Of a stretch of DNA of 64,000 bases, positions 37,783 to 49,960 are shown piece by piece. Made by a program: the position numbers and the translations under genes. The notes under the pieces are model-generated. The model was given only the letters and a program-made list of their open reading frames with translations. It was not told the DNA's origin and did not search any database. The DNA comes from Phoronis australis (lineage: Eukaryota; Animalia; Phoronida), in contig NMRA01000342.1 of the NCBI GenBank assembly GCA_002633005.1, positions 272,056 to 336,055 of the forward strand, given 5' to 3'. Position 1 is the stretch's first letter, and each line of letters starts with the position of its first letter.

Positions 37783-38014
37783 TTGAGAATGTGGACCTTA
37801 TTCTAGTAAGATTCAAGGGGTAGACGTTCAGAGCTATGAATTGTGCATTCGCCGAATTTTGCCTGCCTTTTTAGTGGACTTTTGTCTCCGTTTTCCCCGC
37901 TGCGTACTTTTTTGGAGCCTTTAATTGTTTTCCCGCCCAGAGGCGGACCTTTTCGCCCACCGTACGATGCCAAATGGGGAGGCTCGTTTTTCGAGGCCCC
38001 TGGGTGCGCTCATG
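37783..38014 (-). mobile_element. Truncated inverted copy of the 49710-49960 MITE family
   Basis: Shares gcattcgccgaattttgc, tttagtggacttttg, gaggcggacc and the terminus TGGGTGCGCTCATG. Confidence 0.75.
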
Positions 38015-38623
38015 AGTATATCGTTAAAGTTTCATTGTAGTGAATCTAGCTGATCAGCCAATTCTAAGTTAGGCGAATTTCGGATAATTTTCTGGATTCG
38101 GCGCAGTCGGCTCAAACTAGTCAGTCATAATGGTCTAAACACCGACAACCATTTTTCACCCGGCCGGGCGAGTTTGGCATCGCCTGGCCGGCCAAACGTT
38201 TCTTGACACTGTCGCGAAAACCTTTAGGCGACCCCGCTGCCAATTGCCAGTGAACTCCGCCGGTGCACTGGCGGTGAATTTTTACATCAGTGGTTACCGT
38301 GACACTAAAAGCTCCCTCGGCTCCGCCGCCGCGGTGGGTCATGTTCCGGCATTTGACCGCCTCGCCAATTCACTAGGATAGCACACACTAATGTTTGGGT
38401 GATATTACATTCTTAGTAGGCCTAACTAAGTCAATTAGCCGCCGGACAGATTCTCAGTGCATAACATTTTCTAGTAATATTGACTAACGAAAGCAATTTC
38501 AATTTCTTCTGCTTCTCGCCGATTGGACTCGATCATGAATAAGCGATCAGAGCGACACCTTGTGTTGGCGTTTGATACGACAACGTCAATGACTACAATA
38601 TAAATCGAACTTTGATCGTGTTA

Positions 38624-38695
38624 TCCCATGTGGTCTAGTGGCTAGGATTCGTGGCTTTCACCCACGCGGCCCGGGTTCGATTCCCGGCATGGGAA
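38624..38695 (+). tRNA. tRNA-Glu-TTC: tRNA-Glu(TTC)
   Basis: TCCCATG/CATGGGA acceptor stem, CGTGG-CTTTCAC-CCACG anticodon arm, GGTTCGATTCC B box, T5 downstream. Confidence 0.96.
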
Positions 38696-39451
38696 AGTGA
38701 ACTTTTTATATCATGCTTGAGAAATATCGTTTCCGAGTGCTGTCGATAGAATTTTGATGTGCGCGTGTAGGACCTTATGAGTACTTTTATGTAGCAGAGA
38801 CCGTCGTTGTATGTAGCCAAAACTGAAGAAAAATAAAAGGTGTAACTTGAGTGTTATCCGCTGGTAAAGTAAACTGATGTTCCAACTTTATCAGTGATTA
38901 CTGAAAGATTCGAGATCTCAAATTCACTTGCAATGCAATTAAAAGCTACTTAACTTATTAAAAATTCAAGCCTCAAAAGATTGGAGAAGGTGTGAAAATT
39001 CCTTACAAACTGTGGCACTCGCCAATTCAGGGGAAGCCAAACGACATCTTATGAAAAAATTCAAACCTGGGGATTATATAATACTATTGTCTATCTAGAG
39101 TAAGAAGTTCATTATTTTGTCAAACTGTGTCGCTGTACTCTATGCCACGACTTACGTTGAAAACATAATGAGACCAGCAGCCTACATTCCATTGTTTTGA
39201 ATTTTCTGCCGTTGTTTTTTGTTTTCTTTTCTTGAAGCATTTTTAAAGGTGTTTAGAGGTGTTCGTATACTATTACGTAATCAGTGACGTATGAGCTGGG
39301 TGTGCTTTTGTCAAATTCTTCCGTGTGTAGCTTATGTTACGAGTAATAAACATATATAGATACATTACGTACACATGAGAGAGTGCGTATGTTGGGTAAC
39401 CAAATCGTCGGTTGGAAAGATGGCTTGCCCGAAGCATGATGAAGCCATAAG

Positions 39452-39761
39452 CAGAGGCAGATTTGGGGGGGGCAAGGGGTCCATGGCCCCCCTAAAATTC
39501 TCCCAGATTCCATTTGGCAGTTCGGGGTGCCGCGAATTGCTGACTAGCTATGAGCTCACCCAGGGGGCTCGGGGGGCGAATGCACAATGCATAGGCCTTG
39601 AACAAACACCGTTTGTTTGTTTGTTTATAGTAATAAGGTCCACAAACCCAGAAATTCGAGACCCCATAGATCCCTACATTTTAGACTGGGCGCGTCCATG
39701 AGGCGAAATTCTGTTTTTCCTGTGCTCTGCCCCCCCACTCAAAATCTTGGATCCGCCCCTG
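39452..39761. mobile_element. hAT-like MITE with 5-bp TSD (ATAAG)
   Basis: Termini CAGAGGCAGATTT and GGATCCGCCCCTG, with ATAAG on both flanks. Confidence 0.8.
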
Positions 39762-40656
39762 ATAAGACCCATATCGTGACACTGCGAGGTCTGAGCTTTA
39801 CCTAACCACTTACCCTTGCTTTCATCACTTATTTGAAGTATATAACAGCGCCATCTCCAGTGACGAAACTTGTTTTATTGAAAATACTAACTAAGCATGG
39901 CACTCGGCGCACCGACCCTGACATCTACAAACAACCGTAAATGTCACTTAATCTGCTTCTTGAGTTTGTGTGGACACAACATCATCAATTTGGAGATTTT
40001 TACAGGTACCTTCAGAATAACCATAAAAAACAACGAGGCGATGGCAACAAAAAGAAATCCCTGTGTAGCTGTCTAAAAACGAACATCCGCGAACTAGGTC
40101 TTTTATTCTAATAAAATCGTCTCTGCTTTCAAATTAACACGCAAACGATTTTTGCTAATTACTAAACAAATCTGTTTATTTTTCAATGAACCTTGATACA
40201 GGTTGACATTGATATCGTTCTTTCCCAAAACAACAAGCTCCAAAGCCGATTACTTGCCAATCCGAAGTCCCCAATGGGGATCTAGGATGTTGCACTGAAA
40301 TGTTAAGAGCACCCTCAATTCTATGTTCACGTACCTCTGAACTTTTTTTCGTCGAAAGGGGGCCCTCTAGGACCGTACTTGCGTAACACTTTAACAATTC
40401 GATGTTTCAGTGTATTTAGAAATTCGGCCAAATCTATATGATTTGTCATCTAAACAGCGAAGATCAGGTACGCCTATAAAAACTAATATATGTTCATCAC
40501 TGCCGATTTTAGTGGTTTACATATGACTAGATTTATATTTTATACCTCTCCTCTTGTTTTTTCAAACGTAAACGAAAATACATTGTTTCGCATTTTTCGG
40601 CCGCATTGGCTCTCTACAGCCACTTCTACAGTGTTGAACTCCGTCAGTGGCGTGAA

Positions 40657-40728
40657 TCCCATGTGGTCTAGTGGCTAGGATTCGTGGCTCTCACCCACGC
40701 GGCCCGGGTTCGATTCCCGGCATGGGAA
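40657..40728 (+). tRNA. tRNA-Glu-CTC: tRNA-Glu(CTC)
   Basis: Identical to the 38624 copy except anticodon loop CTCTCAC. T4 downstream. Confidence 0.95.
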
Positions 40729-41986
40729 ATTCAGTTTTGTTGCCAGCTAGACATTTCAGAGTGCAATAACTTAATTCGTTATCAGTTATTCGTATACTTT
40801 TAATTCAATTTGTAAATTTAATTTGTAAATATTCATTTAATGTAATGTAACTTTATTATTATTTAATTTAATTTATAGCTGTGTGAGGACCATGCCTTTG
40901 GCTAAAATATGCTTTTTTGTATATCTATTTATTTCATCCTCTATATATCAAGTTTATTATTATTGTTATTGTTATTGTTATTATTACTGTTATTGATATT
41001 ATTATTCCGTCACACTGTCATATAAATTCTACAATCCATCTGCGAGAGAGGTTCTTTTTTTGACGTTTTAAACCTCGAACGTTTGCCCTCATTAACGACT
41101 GTTACGCCGCAGATGTAAAGCGTTGGATGAAACGCTAGATGTACCTGTGGTTGATGACGTATGCAGGTAAACATTGTTGCAGAAGCTAAACAATTAAACT
41201 CGAAGTGCAGTCCAAATTAGGCTCAGTTTGCTGTACTTAGATGTCGACACCGTTATCTAATTCATGTCCTGAACAACGGCTACATTGAATCATTACAACC
41301 GGTTTGGTCCACGTTCTTTCAGTCCCAGCTTCTATTGTTAGTTAGTGATTATGACTATACGCCATGCTGGAAACTACTTTCCAATGAATAGCTCAAGCCT
41401 TGGGTTTTTGTTGACAAAATCACTGTTCCATCACTTTTTTGAAAATTCAAAAACACGCATAGTCTAATTTTTACGCCTCTATTCAGATTTTATGGATTCC
41501 ACCGGTTTTCATGTCCCAATGAGAAAATGGAAAAGTAAAGACAGGATGCTTTCAAACCTTCTACTTAGATATGATCTTATAAGAAACACGTGCCCAATAT
41601 AATCACTTTTAATTGATGACTAGCCTCCTAGTGAAACTGGAAGGTGAATAGAACCAGTCGGGCTGACCACATGACTTTGGAGAAATTCAAAAGATTTCTT
41701 CAAATTGATCATTATCTCGTTTAAAGGGAATGTTTTCAGCATGATAGTATTCTGCCCAATCGTAATCCGCAAATGCGATGCCTGTGACCATTACAGACTT
41801 TGATAAGTGCAGAAAAAGAGGCAAAACCTTCTGTTTAGTTTTATATTACCACACTATTTTTATTGTCAACGATATCAAATCAAACCAATGTTACGGCCTT
41901 GTAACTAATTTGACCTCTACTATATCATTATTCTGCCTCTTATTAATTATCGTTTGTCGGTTTGGGGCCACACCATGGAAACTCGC

Positions 41987-42061
41987 AAGCAAAGTACAGA
42001 TAATGTTGTAAGCAAAGTACAGATAATGTTGTAAGCAAAGTACAGATAATGTTGTAAGCAA
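41987..42061. repeat. 23-bp tandem repeat (AAGCAAAGTACAGATAATGTTGT) x3
   Basis: Direct reading. Confidence 0.9.
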
Positions 42062-42130
42062 CCTTTTGTGACTACTAGCCATCATTGCATGGGTGATATC
42101 AGAATAGCAAGAAATAGGTATAATATCGGG

Positions 42131-42181
42131 TACCATGTGGCTGTCACTCACGCGGCCCAGGTTCGATTCCTGGCATGGGAA
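42131..42181 (+). pseudogene. tRNA-Glu pseudogene lacking the D arm
   Basis: TACCATGTGG|CTGTCACTCACGCGGCCCAGGTTCGATTCCTGGCATGGGAA: 21-nt deletion relative to intact copies plus substitutions. Confidence 0.9.
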
Positions 42182-43781
42182 TCGTATGTTTGATTTAATT
42201 GGTTGGTAGCTGATTTTTAGTAAACAACGACAAACCACAGAGGAATAACAACACAATAATTGTAGGTCAATTTCACAACACTAGGTGATAAAATCTTTAT
42301 GATGGAAGGTTGGAATTTAACCGCTATAAGACTCCTAATGCAAGTCTATATCCATCCGTATGGGAAACTTCATAATGAAAGAGAAATTAAATCTGTTCAA
42401 CTGGACTACGGTGCTTTTTCATGCAATGTCAACAAAACCCAGTATTCATAAACTTACAAAAACACCAGAGCGCCCTTAAAAACGTGTCTCTCTTTGAAGC
42501 ACTCAAGGCGAGCTTTATATCAAAAATCCTAGCGTCCGAGTGACACCACAATAAGTATGGACCTCGGAGGCAGACTGACACGCGTCATCTTCCGTTATAC
42601 TTCAAGTCGCCACCAAATTTCGTGAAATCTGTCTTCTGGATAGCATCCGTCACTGTCACTCGGGGATCACTCGTCAGGGATCTTGGCGAAGTCAACGAAT
42701 CATGCGCTGTATCCAAAATGAAGATCAGTTTCTTTAATATTTATTTCAGTCACGAACATTTTATCGTTCATAGTTTTATTCTGGCACTCCTGAAAACAGT
42801 GTTGGTCTAGCATTGCGAAATTGTAAATTATAGCTGAAAACAATACGCGTGAGTAGGCCTATAAGTAAATCTTAAGTTTTTCACTGAACGACCAACGGTA
42901 TAAACTCGACTCCACAAGCTCTTACACTGCATTAAGGTTTGGTTTATAAGCACGTAGATGTAGAAAACTTTCTGCGCCGTGGTGTGTCATTTTTGCCAGA
43001 GACAAACACGTCACCGTGCAACCAGAAGAACCCCCATTGCCCCGTACATAAGGGCTTCGCTCACCAATGCACAATAGATGGAATACGGTACAACAACATA
43101 AGTGGTTACCATCCAAACTTATGTTTTTGATACTTAGAAGTGTCACCATGATGGATTTCAAAGATATAGTAGTTAGCGACATTGTCAAGGAAATTTTTGA
43201 TAAGCTTGACGACCTTTATAGCTTCCTTGGGCGTGGACACAACTTTTACCATCATTTTAACCAGTTTTAGGAAGACTTTTACTGAGGTTGGCATATTATC
43301 TGCTTCAGGCTTATTACCAATGATAAAATTATAAGTGGAATTAAAAAGTAATACTTCTTTGAACCGCATACAGCAATAATGAAAGTTGGGTTTACATTTT
43401 TGGAACACTTAGCATCTCCAACAAAATGATGCTACCGGAAGGGATAATTAGGGTGACGCGAACAAATGGAGTTTCAGGCGACGGAAAAACGTAGTCAACA
43501 AGGAAAGATGAATACCATGACACTTCACAAATATACCGGTACCATTATACGGGTTTGTTCCAATGTGATCGCATTTAAGACTGTTGAATTCTGGATGAAC
43601 TTCTATGAAAATGGATATTATATATAAGATTTTTAGAGATGACTTTTAGAGAAAAATATTAGAAAATTTGTAATGAAGTGACGTAATATCAATTAACACA
43701 CACTCTTACCATGGCAACATCTAAATTTACAAGTTACTTTAAAATTATTACGATCGATTTATCATCAGTTACACTAAGAAA

Positions 43782-43853
43782 TCCCATGTGGTCTAGTGGC
43801 TAGGATTCGTGGCTTTCACCCACGCGGCCCGGGTTCGATTCCCGGCATGGGAA
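43782..43853 (+). tRNA. tRNA-Glu-TTC: tRNA-Glu(TTC)
   Basis: Identical to the 38624 copy. T6 terminator. Confidence 0.96.
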
Positions 43854-44146
43854 GCTGTTTTTTCTTCAGGAAATGGAAGACACGAAATTAAAATAGAATT
43901 TTGACAGTTTCCTTTGCAAAAGTCAAAATCTCTATGATAAATCTAAAACAGGATAAAATTTTCACACATCTACAACCAAACTGAATAACAACATGAACAT
44001 GTATATATACCAGTTGCAATACACATTCCCACATGTACCCACATTGCGAAATAACAGGAAGAACGTGAATAGAACCATTCTTGCACTGAGGTAACCAATA
44101 GCACCAATTACCTACATTAGCGACATATCAATATATTGCAAACACA

Positions 44147-44218
44147 TCCCATGTGGTCTAGTGGCTAGGATTCGTGGCTTTCACCCACGCGGCCCGGGTT
44201 CGATTCCCGGCATGGGAA
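44147..44218 (+). tRNA. tRNA-Glu-TTC: tRNA-Glu(TTC)
   Basis: Identical to the 38624 copy. T4 downstream. Confidence 0.95.
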
Positions 44219-44964
44219 GCTCTTCTTTTCAGGAAATTGAAAACAAGGAACATAGTTTATCAAAGTCGAGTTGTTAGAGTTTCAATATTAAGAGTTCCCA
44301 TCTCTTTGAAAAAAATCTAAAACTGAATACATTTTTACACATCTACAAATCAAACATATACATATAGTTACCCCATACGCATTGAATAAGTTGAGTGCAA
44401 CACGGCCATGTGATAATTGTTTTAGGTATTGCACTACTGGGACTACCGTAACAGTGTCCTCTGACATGGAAAGTGCAACAGGTAGGTCAATGTCGACTCG
44501 ACGCCGTTCGCGGGTTCAATCATAAAATTTTCCCAAAATAGTTCAAAGTAATGAAATTGCCACAGTATAAATAATGTTCAGCATGCTGTCAGGTCCCAAA
44601 CGTAACATCTGGTACAAAACTGTTAATTATATGACACTTCTGGTTCAGTTTAATTTGCTAAATGTTATATTAGCGTCTGCAACTCAGGCGCAGATTCCTG
44701 GGTAACTACAATGTTAAATGTTGTTGTTATTTAATTATTTTTATGAAATGTTACAAGTTCAATGCACAACTACCGTTGTTTTAATCTTTTTATCGCTTTT
44801 TAAGTAAGAAATCGTTACATTTAAAACTTTTTCTCTTACTAGATAAAACTTGAAACATAACGCGCAAGTCCATACATATAGCATGCAATACGCCACGCGA
44901 ACAATCTGGATGGAGTATTTAAAAAACCTGCTAAAATGAAAGAAACTTAAGCGTATGGGATAAA

Positions 44965-45095
44965 TACAAAACGTACGTCGATTGGCGTAGACGAAGTAAT
45001 ATCCTACTTTACATTAATTTCTTTGATGTCGGTCGATACGCGGAATAATGTCGAGTGGATATTACTTCATCTACGCCACTCTGAGTACGTTTTGT
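44965..45095. repeat. Hairpin with ~43-bp arms inside a ~0.7-kb insertion in the tRNA array
   Basis: acaaaacgtacgtcgattggcgtagacgaagtaatatcc pairs with ggatattacttcatctacgccactctgagtacgttttgt. Confidence 0.8.
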
Positions 45096-45248
45096 GTACG
45101 TATACCAGTTGCAATACAAATTCCTACGTGCACCCGCGTTACGAAAGTAACAGGAAGCACGTGCAGAGAAATTGAAAATGATTCCTGCACTGAGCCATTG
45201 AACATCAATTACTACTATTAGTGACATATCATAGCACTCACAAACTGA

Positions 45249-45320
45249 TCCCATGTGGTCTAGTGGCTAGGATTCGTGGCTCTCACCCACGCGGCCCGGG
45301 TTCGATTCCCGGCATGGGAA
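45249..45320 (+). tRNA. tRNA-Glu-CTC: tRNA-Glu(CTC)
   Basis: Intact cloverleaf, identical to the 40657 copy. T4 downstream. Confidence 0.95.
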
Positions 45321-45609
45321 GCTATTCATTTTAGGGAATTGAAGACAAGGAAAAAATTTGGAAGCAGACTAAACTCGAATTTTTAGAGTTTCGGTTGCAA
45401 AAGTTCAGTCTCTTTGAGACAAATCTAAAACTGAATAAAATTACCACGCTTATTCAAGTCAAACTGAAGTAACAACATAGCCAGCAGTACGCATCCCCAC
45501 GTTGCGAAAGAACTAGGAAGTACGCGCATAGAAACTGAAAATGATTCTTGATGTAACCAATAACATCAACTACCAAAATCAGCGACATATTATGGAATAC
45601 ACAATCAGA

Positions 45610-45681
45610 TCCCATATGGTCTAGTAGCTAGGATTCGTGGCTCTCACCCACGCGGCCCGGGTTCGATTCCTGGCATGGGAA
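45610..45681 (+). tRNA. tRNA-Glu-CTC: tRNA-Glu(CTC), degenerate (likely pseudogene)
   Basis: G7>A mispair in the acceptor stem, D-loop GG>AG, C>T in the T stem, followed by a short TGGGAA duplication. Confidence 0.7.
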
Positions 45682-45982
45682 TTGGGAAGCTGTGCTTTTT
45701 AAGGAATTGAAGATAAGGAATTATTTTTATCAAAGCAGACTTAAGTCGAATTTTCAGAATTTCGTTTGTAAAGTTCTAATCTCTTTGAGACAAATATAAA
45801 ACTGAATGAAATGTCTACATATCTGCAAATCAAACTGAAGTAATAGCATAGCTTGCAGTACGCAGGCCCACGTTGCGAAAGAACCAGGAAGCACGTGCAT
45901 TGAAAATGATTCTTGATGTAACCAAGAACATCAATTATCAATTGCCAAAATCAGCGATATATTATGGAAAACAACAATAGGA

Positions 45983-46054
45983 TCCCATGTGGTCTAGTGG
46001 CTAGGATTCGTGGCTCTCACCCACGCGGCCCGGGTTCGATTCCCGGCATGGGAA
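45983..46054 (+). tRNA. tRNA-Glu-CTC: tRNA-Glu(CTC)
   Basis: Intact cloverleaf. T5 terminator. Confidence 0.95.
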
Positions 46055-46339
46055 GCTGTGCTTTTTAGGGAATTGAAGATAAAGAATTAATGTTATCGAA
46101 GCTGACTTAAGTCGAATTTTTAGAGTTTCGTTTGTAAAGTTCTAATCTCTTTGAGACAAATATAAAACTGAATTAAATTTCCACGCACCTGCAAATCAAA
46201 CTGAAGTAACAACATAGCCTGCATTACGCATGCCCACGTTGCGAAAGAACCAGGAAGCACGTGCATACGAATTGAAAATGATTCTTGATGCAACCAATAA
46301 AATCATCTATCATATCAGCGACATGTTATTGAATACAGA

Positions 46340-46411
46340 TCCCATGTCGTCTAGTGGCTAGGATTCGTGGCTCTCACCCACGCGGCCCGGGTACGATTCC
46401 CGACAAGGGAA
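46340..46411 (+). pseudogene. tRNA-Glu(CTC) pseudogene
   Basis: B box GGTTCGA>GGTACGA, G9>C, and 3' strand CCCGACAAGGGA introduces T-stem and acceptor-stem mispairs. Confidence 0.8.
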
Positions 46412-46687
46412 CATTTTACGAACACGTCTTACAGTATGGGTGTGTTGAACTTTTAAAAATTTTGTTCAAAAGCTATTCCCAGGGACTTTTAATTTTATTT
46501 TTGAATAATAACTTTGCACCAAGGTATAATCAAGTCTGGCAGAGACAGTACAATTTTCAATGGTAAATTTGAGCAATACGATATTAACACAAGAAAAAGA
46601 CGACATCTTTTTAGTAACTCATTTAGCTACAACGAGAGGTACGTTCAGAGTAAAACAACGCTATCAATAACATGACCAAACAATTCT

Positions 46688-47485
46688 TTCTCACATGACC
46701 TGCAATGTGTCAGGACACGACTGGTTAATAACACTTAGTACGTAATTTTTTGACATTACACGCGCAAATCACAAAGTAGTGCAAAGTAGAAATCCATACG
46801 CCTTACATTTCATCGTCTGCAAAGCACTAAAACAACCAAATGCACGCCAACTGCCGGAATTCCGAGAAGGTGGCAAGGTTATGATTGACAAATCGGCTGT
46901 CACAACTGTACGTACTCCCAGTCGGAAGGACATGCCAACAACTTCCTAAACGGACCCATCTTCGGAAGCGATTTTCATACCCACGTTCATTCAAACGGAG
47001 ACGAACCCCAACTAAAGAAACGAGGCGAGATTGACTAGCTGTGCTGTCTCAAGGTCAATTCAGTGCTCACGCGCAGGGGAAGCCTTTGCTGACTCTTATT
47101 TATAAAAAAATAAGTTTTAATATTACAACTTCAAAGACTATTCATTAGATTCTAACTTGAATATTTGCTACGAAAGCTGAATGCAATTTACAATAAAACT
47201 ATTGACAAAAAATAATTGAATTACTTTACATTGCGCAAGCGTGTTTTTACAAAAGTTAAGTCATGTGGTTGAAAGTTTTAGACACGTCGAGTTTTTCAGC
47301 AAAAAAAGATTGTTTTTACGGTTCATGTGAGAAAACAAATCCTACTCATCTCAGTTTCATGACATGGGCAAAACTTCTTGGAGATTTCGTCAAAATCCCG
47401 AGGCTTGCCGAGTGACTTTGACGGAATTTCCACGAGGTTTTGCTTATGTCATAAACCTGAGCCTTGTGTAGGAGTCTCTATTTAT
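46688..47485. mobile_element. ~800-bp dispersed repeat, copy 2 (inverted relative to 20975-21782)
   Basis: Collinear reverse-complement match to copy 1. Confidence 0.85.
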
Positions 47486-47561
47486 TACAGTTTTAATAGT
47501 CAAAACTTATTTAGTACAAAGTATCTTGTGTACTGCAGATTGAGTTGCAATGGCTCTCTAG

Positions 47562-47703
47562 CATGGGCGGCGCAATACTGAAAAAAGTGGGGCTAAAGCC
47601 CTCAGCACCCCTGTGGTGCACCGCCTATAGACCATGTGCGGCCTAGCACTGAAAAAAGTGGGGGGCTATAGCCCCTCCAGCCCCCTATGGTGCGCCACTC
47701 ATG
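47562..47703. mobile_element. Tandem dimer of a ~70-bp hAT-like MITE
   Basis: Termini CATGGGCGGCGCA and TGCGCCACTCATG. Internal ACTGAAAAAAGTGGGG occurs twice. Flanks TCTAG/TCTTG (imperfect 5-bp TSD). Confidence 0.7.
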
Positions 47704-49709
47704 TCTTGTCTTCACTGAGCGTATCAGTTTGATTGTTGTTTGCATGTCAATGTATTGGCTACCACTTCCGTCTACTTCCCTGAGAAAACATAAAAACAAA
47801 AAGCTGTTCTGTTAAACTACTTCCCAGTATTTTGTCAGAAGCTGTGTCGTCCCGTGTTGTGTGGCGTCTGGGCTTCCACCATGTTGTCAAATACCTCGCC
47901 AAGAGCGTTAGTAACGCATTCTAAATTAGCAGCGGCCCTTCTGCACGTTGAAGTATAAAATCGTTTACAATCAACAGTAACATGTTTGAAATAATTTGGT
48001 TGTGCTCTCTTAGAATGTGATTAGCAATACGGAACGCAAGGTTGTGTTGTTCCACGGTCATGGAGGCATGCATGAGATCAAATTTTGAGGATAACAGTCA
48101 ACATGTACCGGCTTATTGAAGTTTTAATTTGCTCCCACCTATAGCTCATTTTGATCGATTGCAATGTTCCAATATTTGAATTGTATACAAAGATATGATG
48201 AAAATTGCTTTAAAAATTGAGTTTTTGTAAAGTCAATGTCCTTTTTCTGTTCACACAAGTGGTATTCCTCAAGGCAAAATGTGTTTAAGGGACATTTTGC
48301 TTGCAAATTGTTTTGAATTCTGTTTTTAGAAATATTTGGGTAAAATGTGCACTAACAGAAGTCTGCGGTTTAACGAAAGTCGGTGCGTTGGCCTCATAAT
48401 TATTGTAACCCATGCACAAGTCCAATTAAACACCAAAAATCTATTAAGTTGGGCATATGCTGATCTAAACTACATGTGCTGAAATGGAACATAAAGAAGC
48501 AAAAATATCAAGTGTGTGGCCTGTTCTCCTTCTTGTCCTCTCACCCCCTGTTGTTCAGATTTTATTCTTGATTTTTAAAGGCTCAGATCAAAAACAATGC
48601 AATTATTGTTACACTGGTCGTAGACAAGTAAAAGATACTCCTCAATTTCATTAAAAATCAGTACAAAATGAATTTTAGCGCCAACCAGCTTTATTAAAAC
48701 GTATTCTCCAATTTCGTCCTTTCAACAGGATATCATTTTTTGAAACGAACTGGGCACAATATACAGTTTTGCATGTATGGAAGTTGTATAGTAACAGGTC
48801 AATTTCACTGAACTTTGATTTTGTCACGATGTGATGCCCACGTTACTCAGACAAAAGCCCAAGTTACGGAACACGTACGTTACGTTTCGTCTTAGTCGCA
48901 ATGGACCGTCCCAACCCTCACAATTAAGGAGAAGTCGCTTTCGTGTTCTTTTAAAACTAAAGAGTTCTACGTCGAACATGTGACAGTGACCGACAATAAG
49001 AAGACAACGTGAAAACCACAGCTTGCCTTTTCGCAAGTAGCCACTTAGTCGGAGATGCTTAAACAATAAACACTGCACAAGTAACATACTTAACATAGCT
49101 GTAAGAATGGTGTTGCTTTCGTTCACTTGTAAACAAAGGCAACTGACCAAAACACGATAATTAATTTCAACAAGCTATCTGTAACCTAGTTTTGAGCTTG
49201 TAAGTCAGTTTGCCATTTTGCTCAGCGTGGAAAATGAGGTGGGCGGTAGTGGATGGGGGTGGGTATTTGGGACACATTGTGATGCAGGCTTGCTCTGATT
49301 TCATCAACTTTGTTGCTCAGAAACATCAATTAAGGAGCGACATTACACGGGAAAAGTCATCCATGTAATTTGTTTGGGTATCAACTGATATTAAGATTGT
49401 TAATTCACAGTTCAAACGGCATCAGAATTCATGGGAAAGCCATTTTTGCAATATTTGTTAATAATTAAAAGAAATTTTTAGTCAGTTTCCGTTGACCTCT
49501 ACATGTATCATGTATGAATACGAAATTAACGAGTCATTTCAAACACAGTCCAGTCGGACATCCGACCGACTAAACGCACGTGAGTCGGGAAATCCCACGG
49601 AGAAGGGGGAGGGTGTGTTAACATGAATTTTGTGATTTTCAGTGGCAGTCAGTTTCGGTTTCGGAAACCTTCAAATATCCATTTATTCTTTGAGGACCTT
49701 AATACGTAA

Positions 49710-49960
49710 CATGCGCGCACGCATGGGGAGCTCAAAGGGCTCGAACGAAGGCGAAGTGGGCAGAAAGGTCCGCCTCAGTGAAACAAAAACCCCCCAAAAA
49801 AAGAAAACGAGGCAAAAGTCCACTAAAAAGACAGGAACTAGCAAAATTCGGCGAATGCAAAATTCACAGCTCTGAAAGTACCCCGTGAATCTTAGCAAAA
49901 AGTCCACATTCTCAAAAATTCGAGCCCCCCCCCCCGATTTTTGGGCTGGGTGCGCGCATG
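49710..49960. mobile_element. hAT-like MITE with 5-bp TSD (CGTAA)
   Basis: TIRs CATGCGCGCACGCA and TGGGTGCGCGCATG, with CGTAA on both flanks. Confidence 0.85.

Noticed and set aside
44050-46270. Recurrent CAGGAAGCACGTG (ETS plus E-box) upstream of tRNA-Glu copies
   Set aside because: Recurrence is explained by unit duplication. The motif is altered in two units and absent upstream of the dispersed copies.
47700-47780. Exon-like segment after a strong acceptor (ttttctcag|GGAAG...)
   Set aside because: No donor before the adjacent MITE and no recognisable homology.
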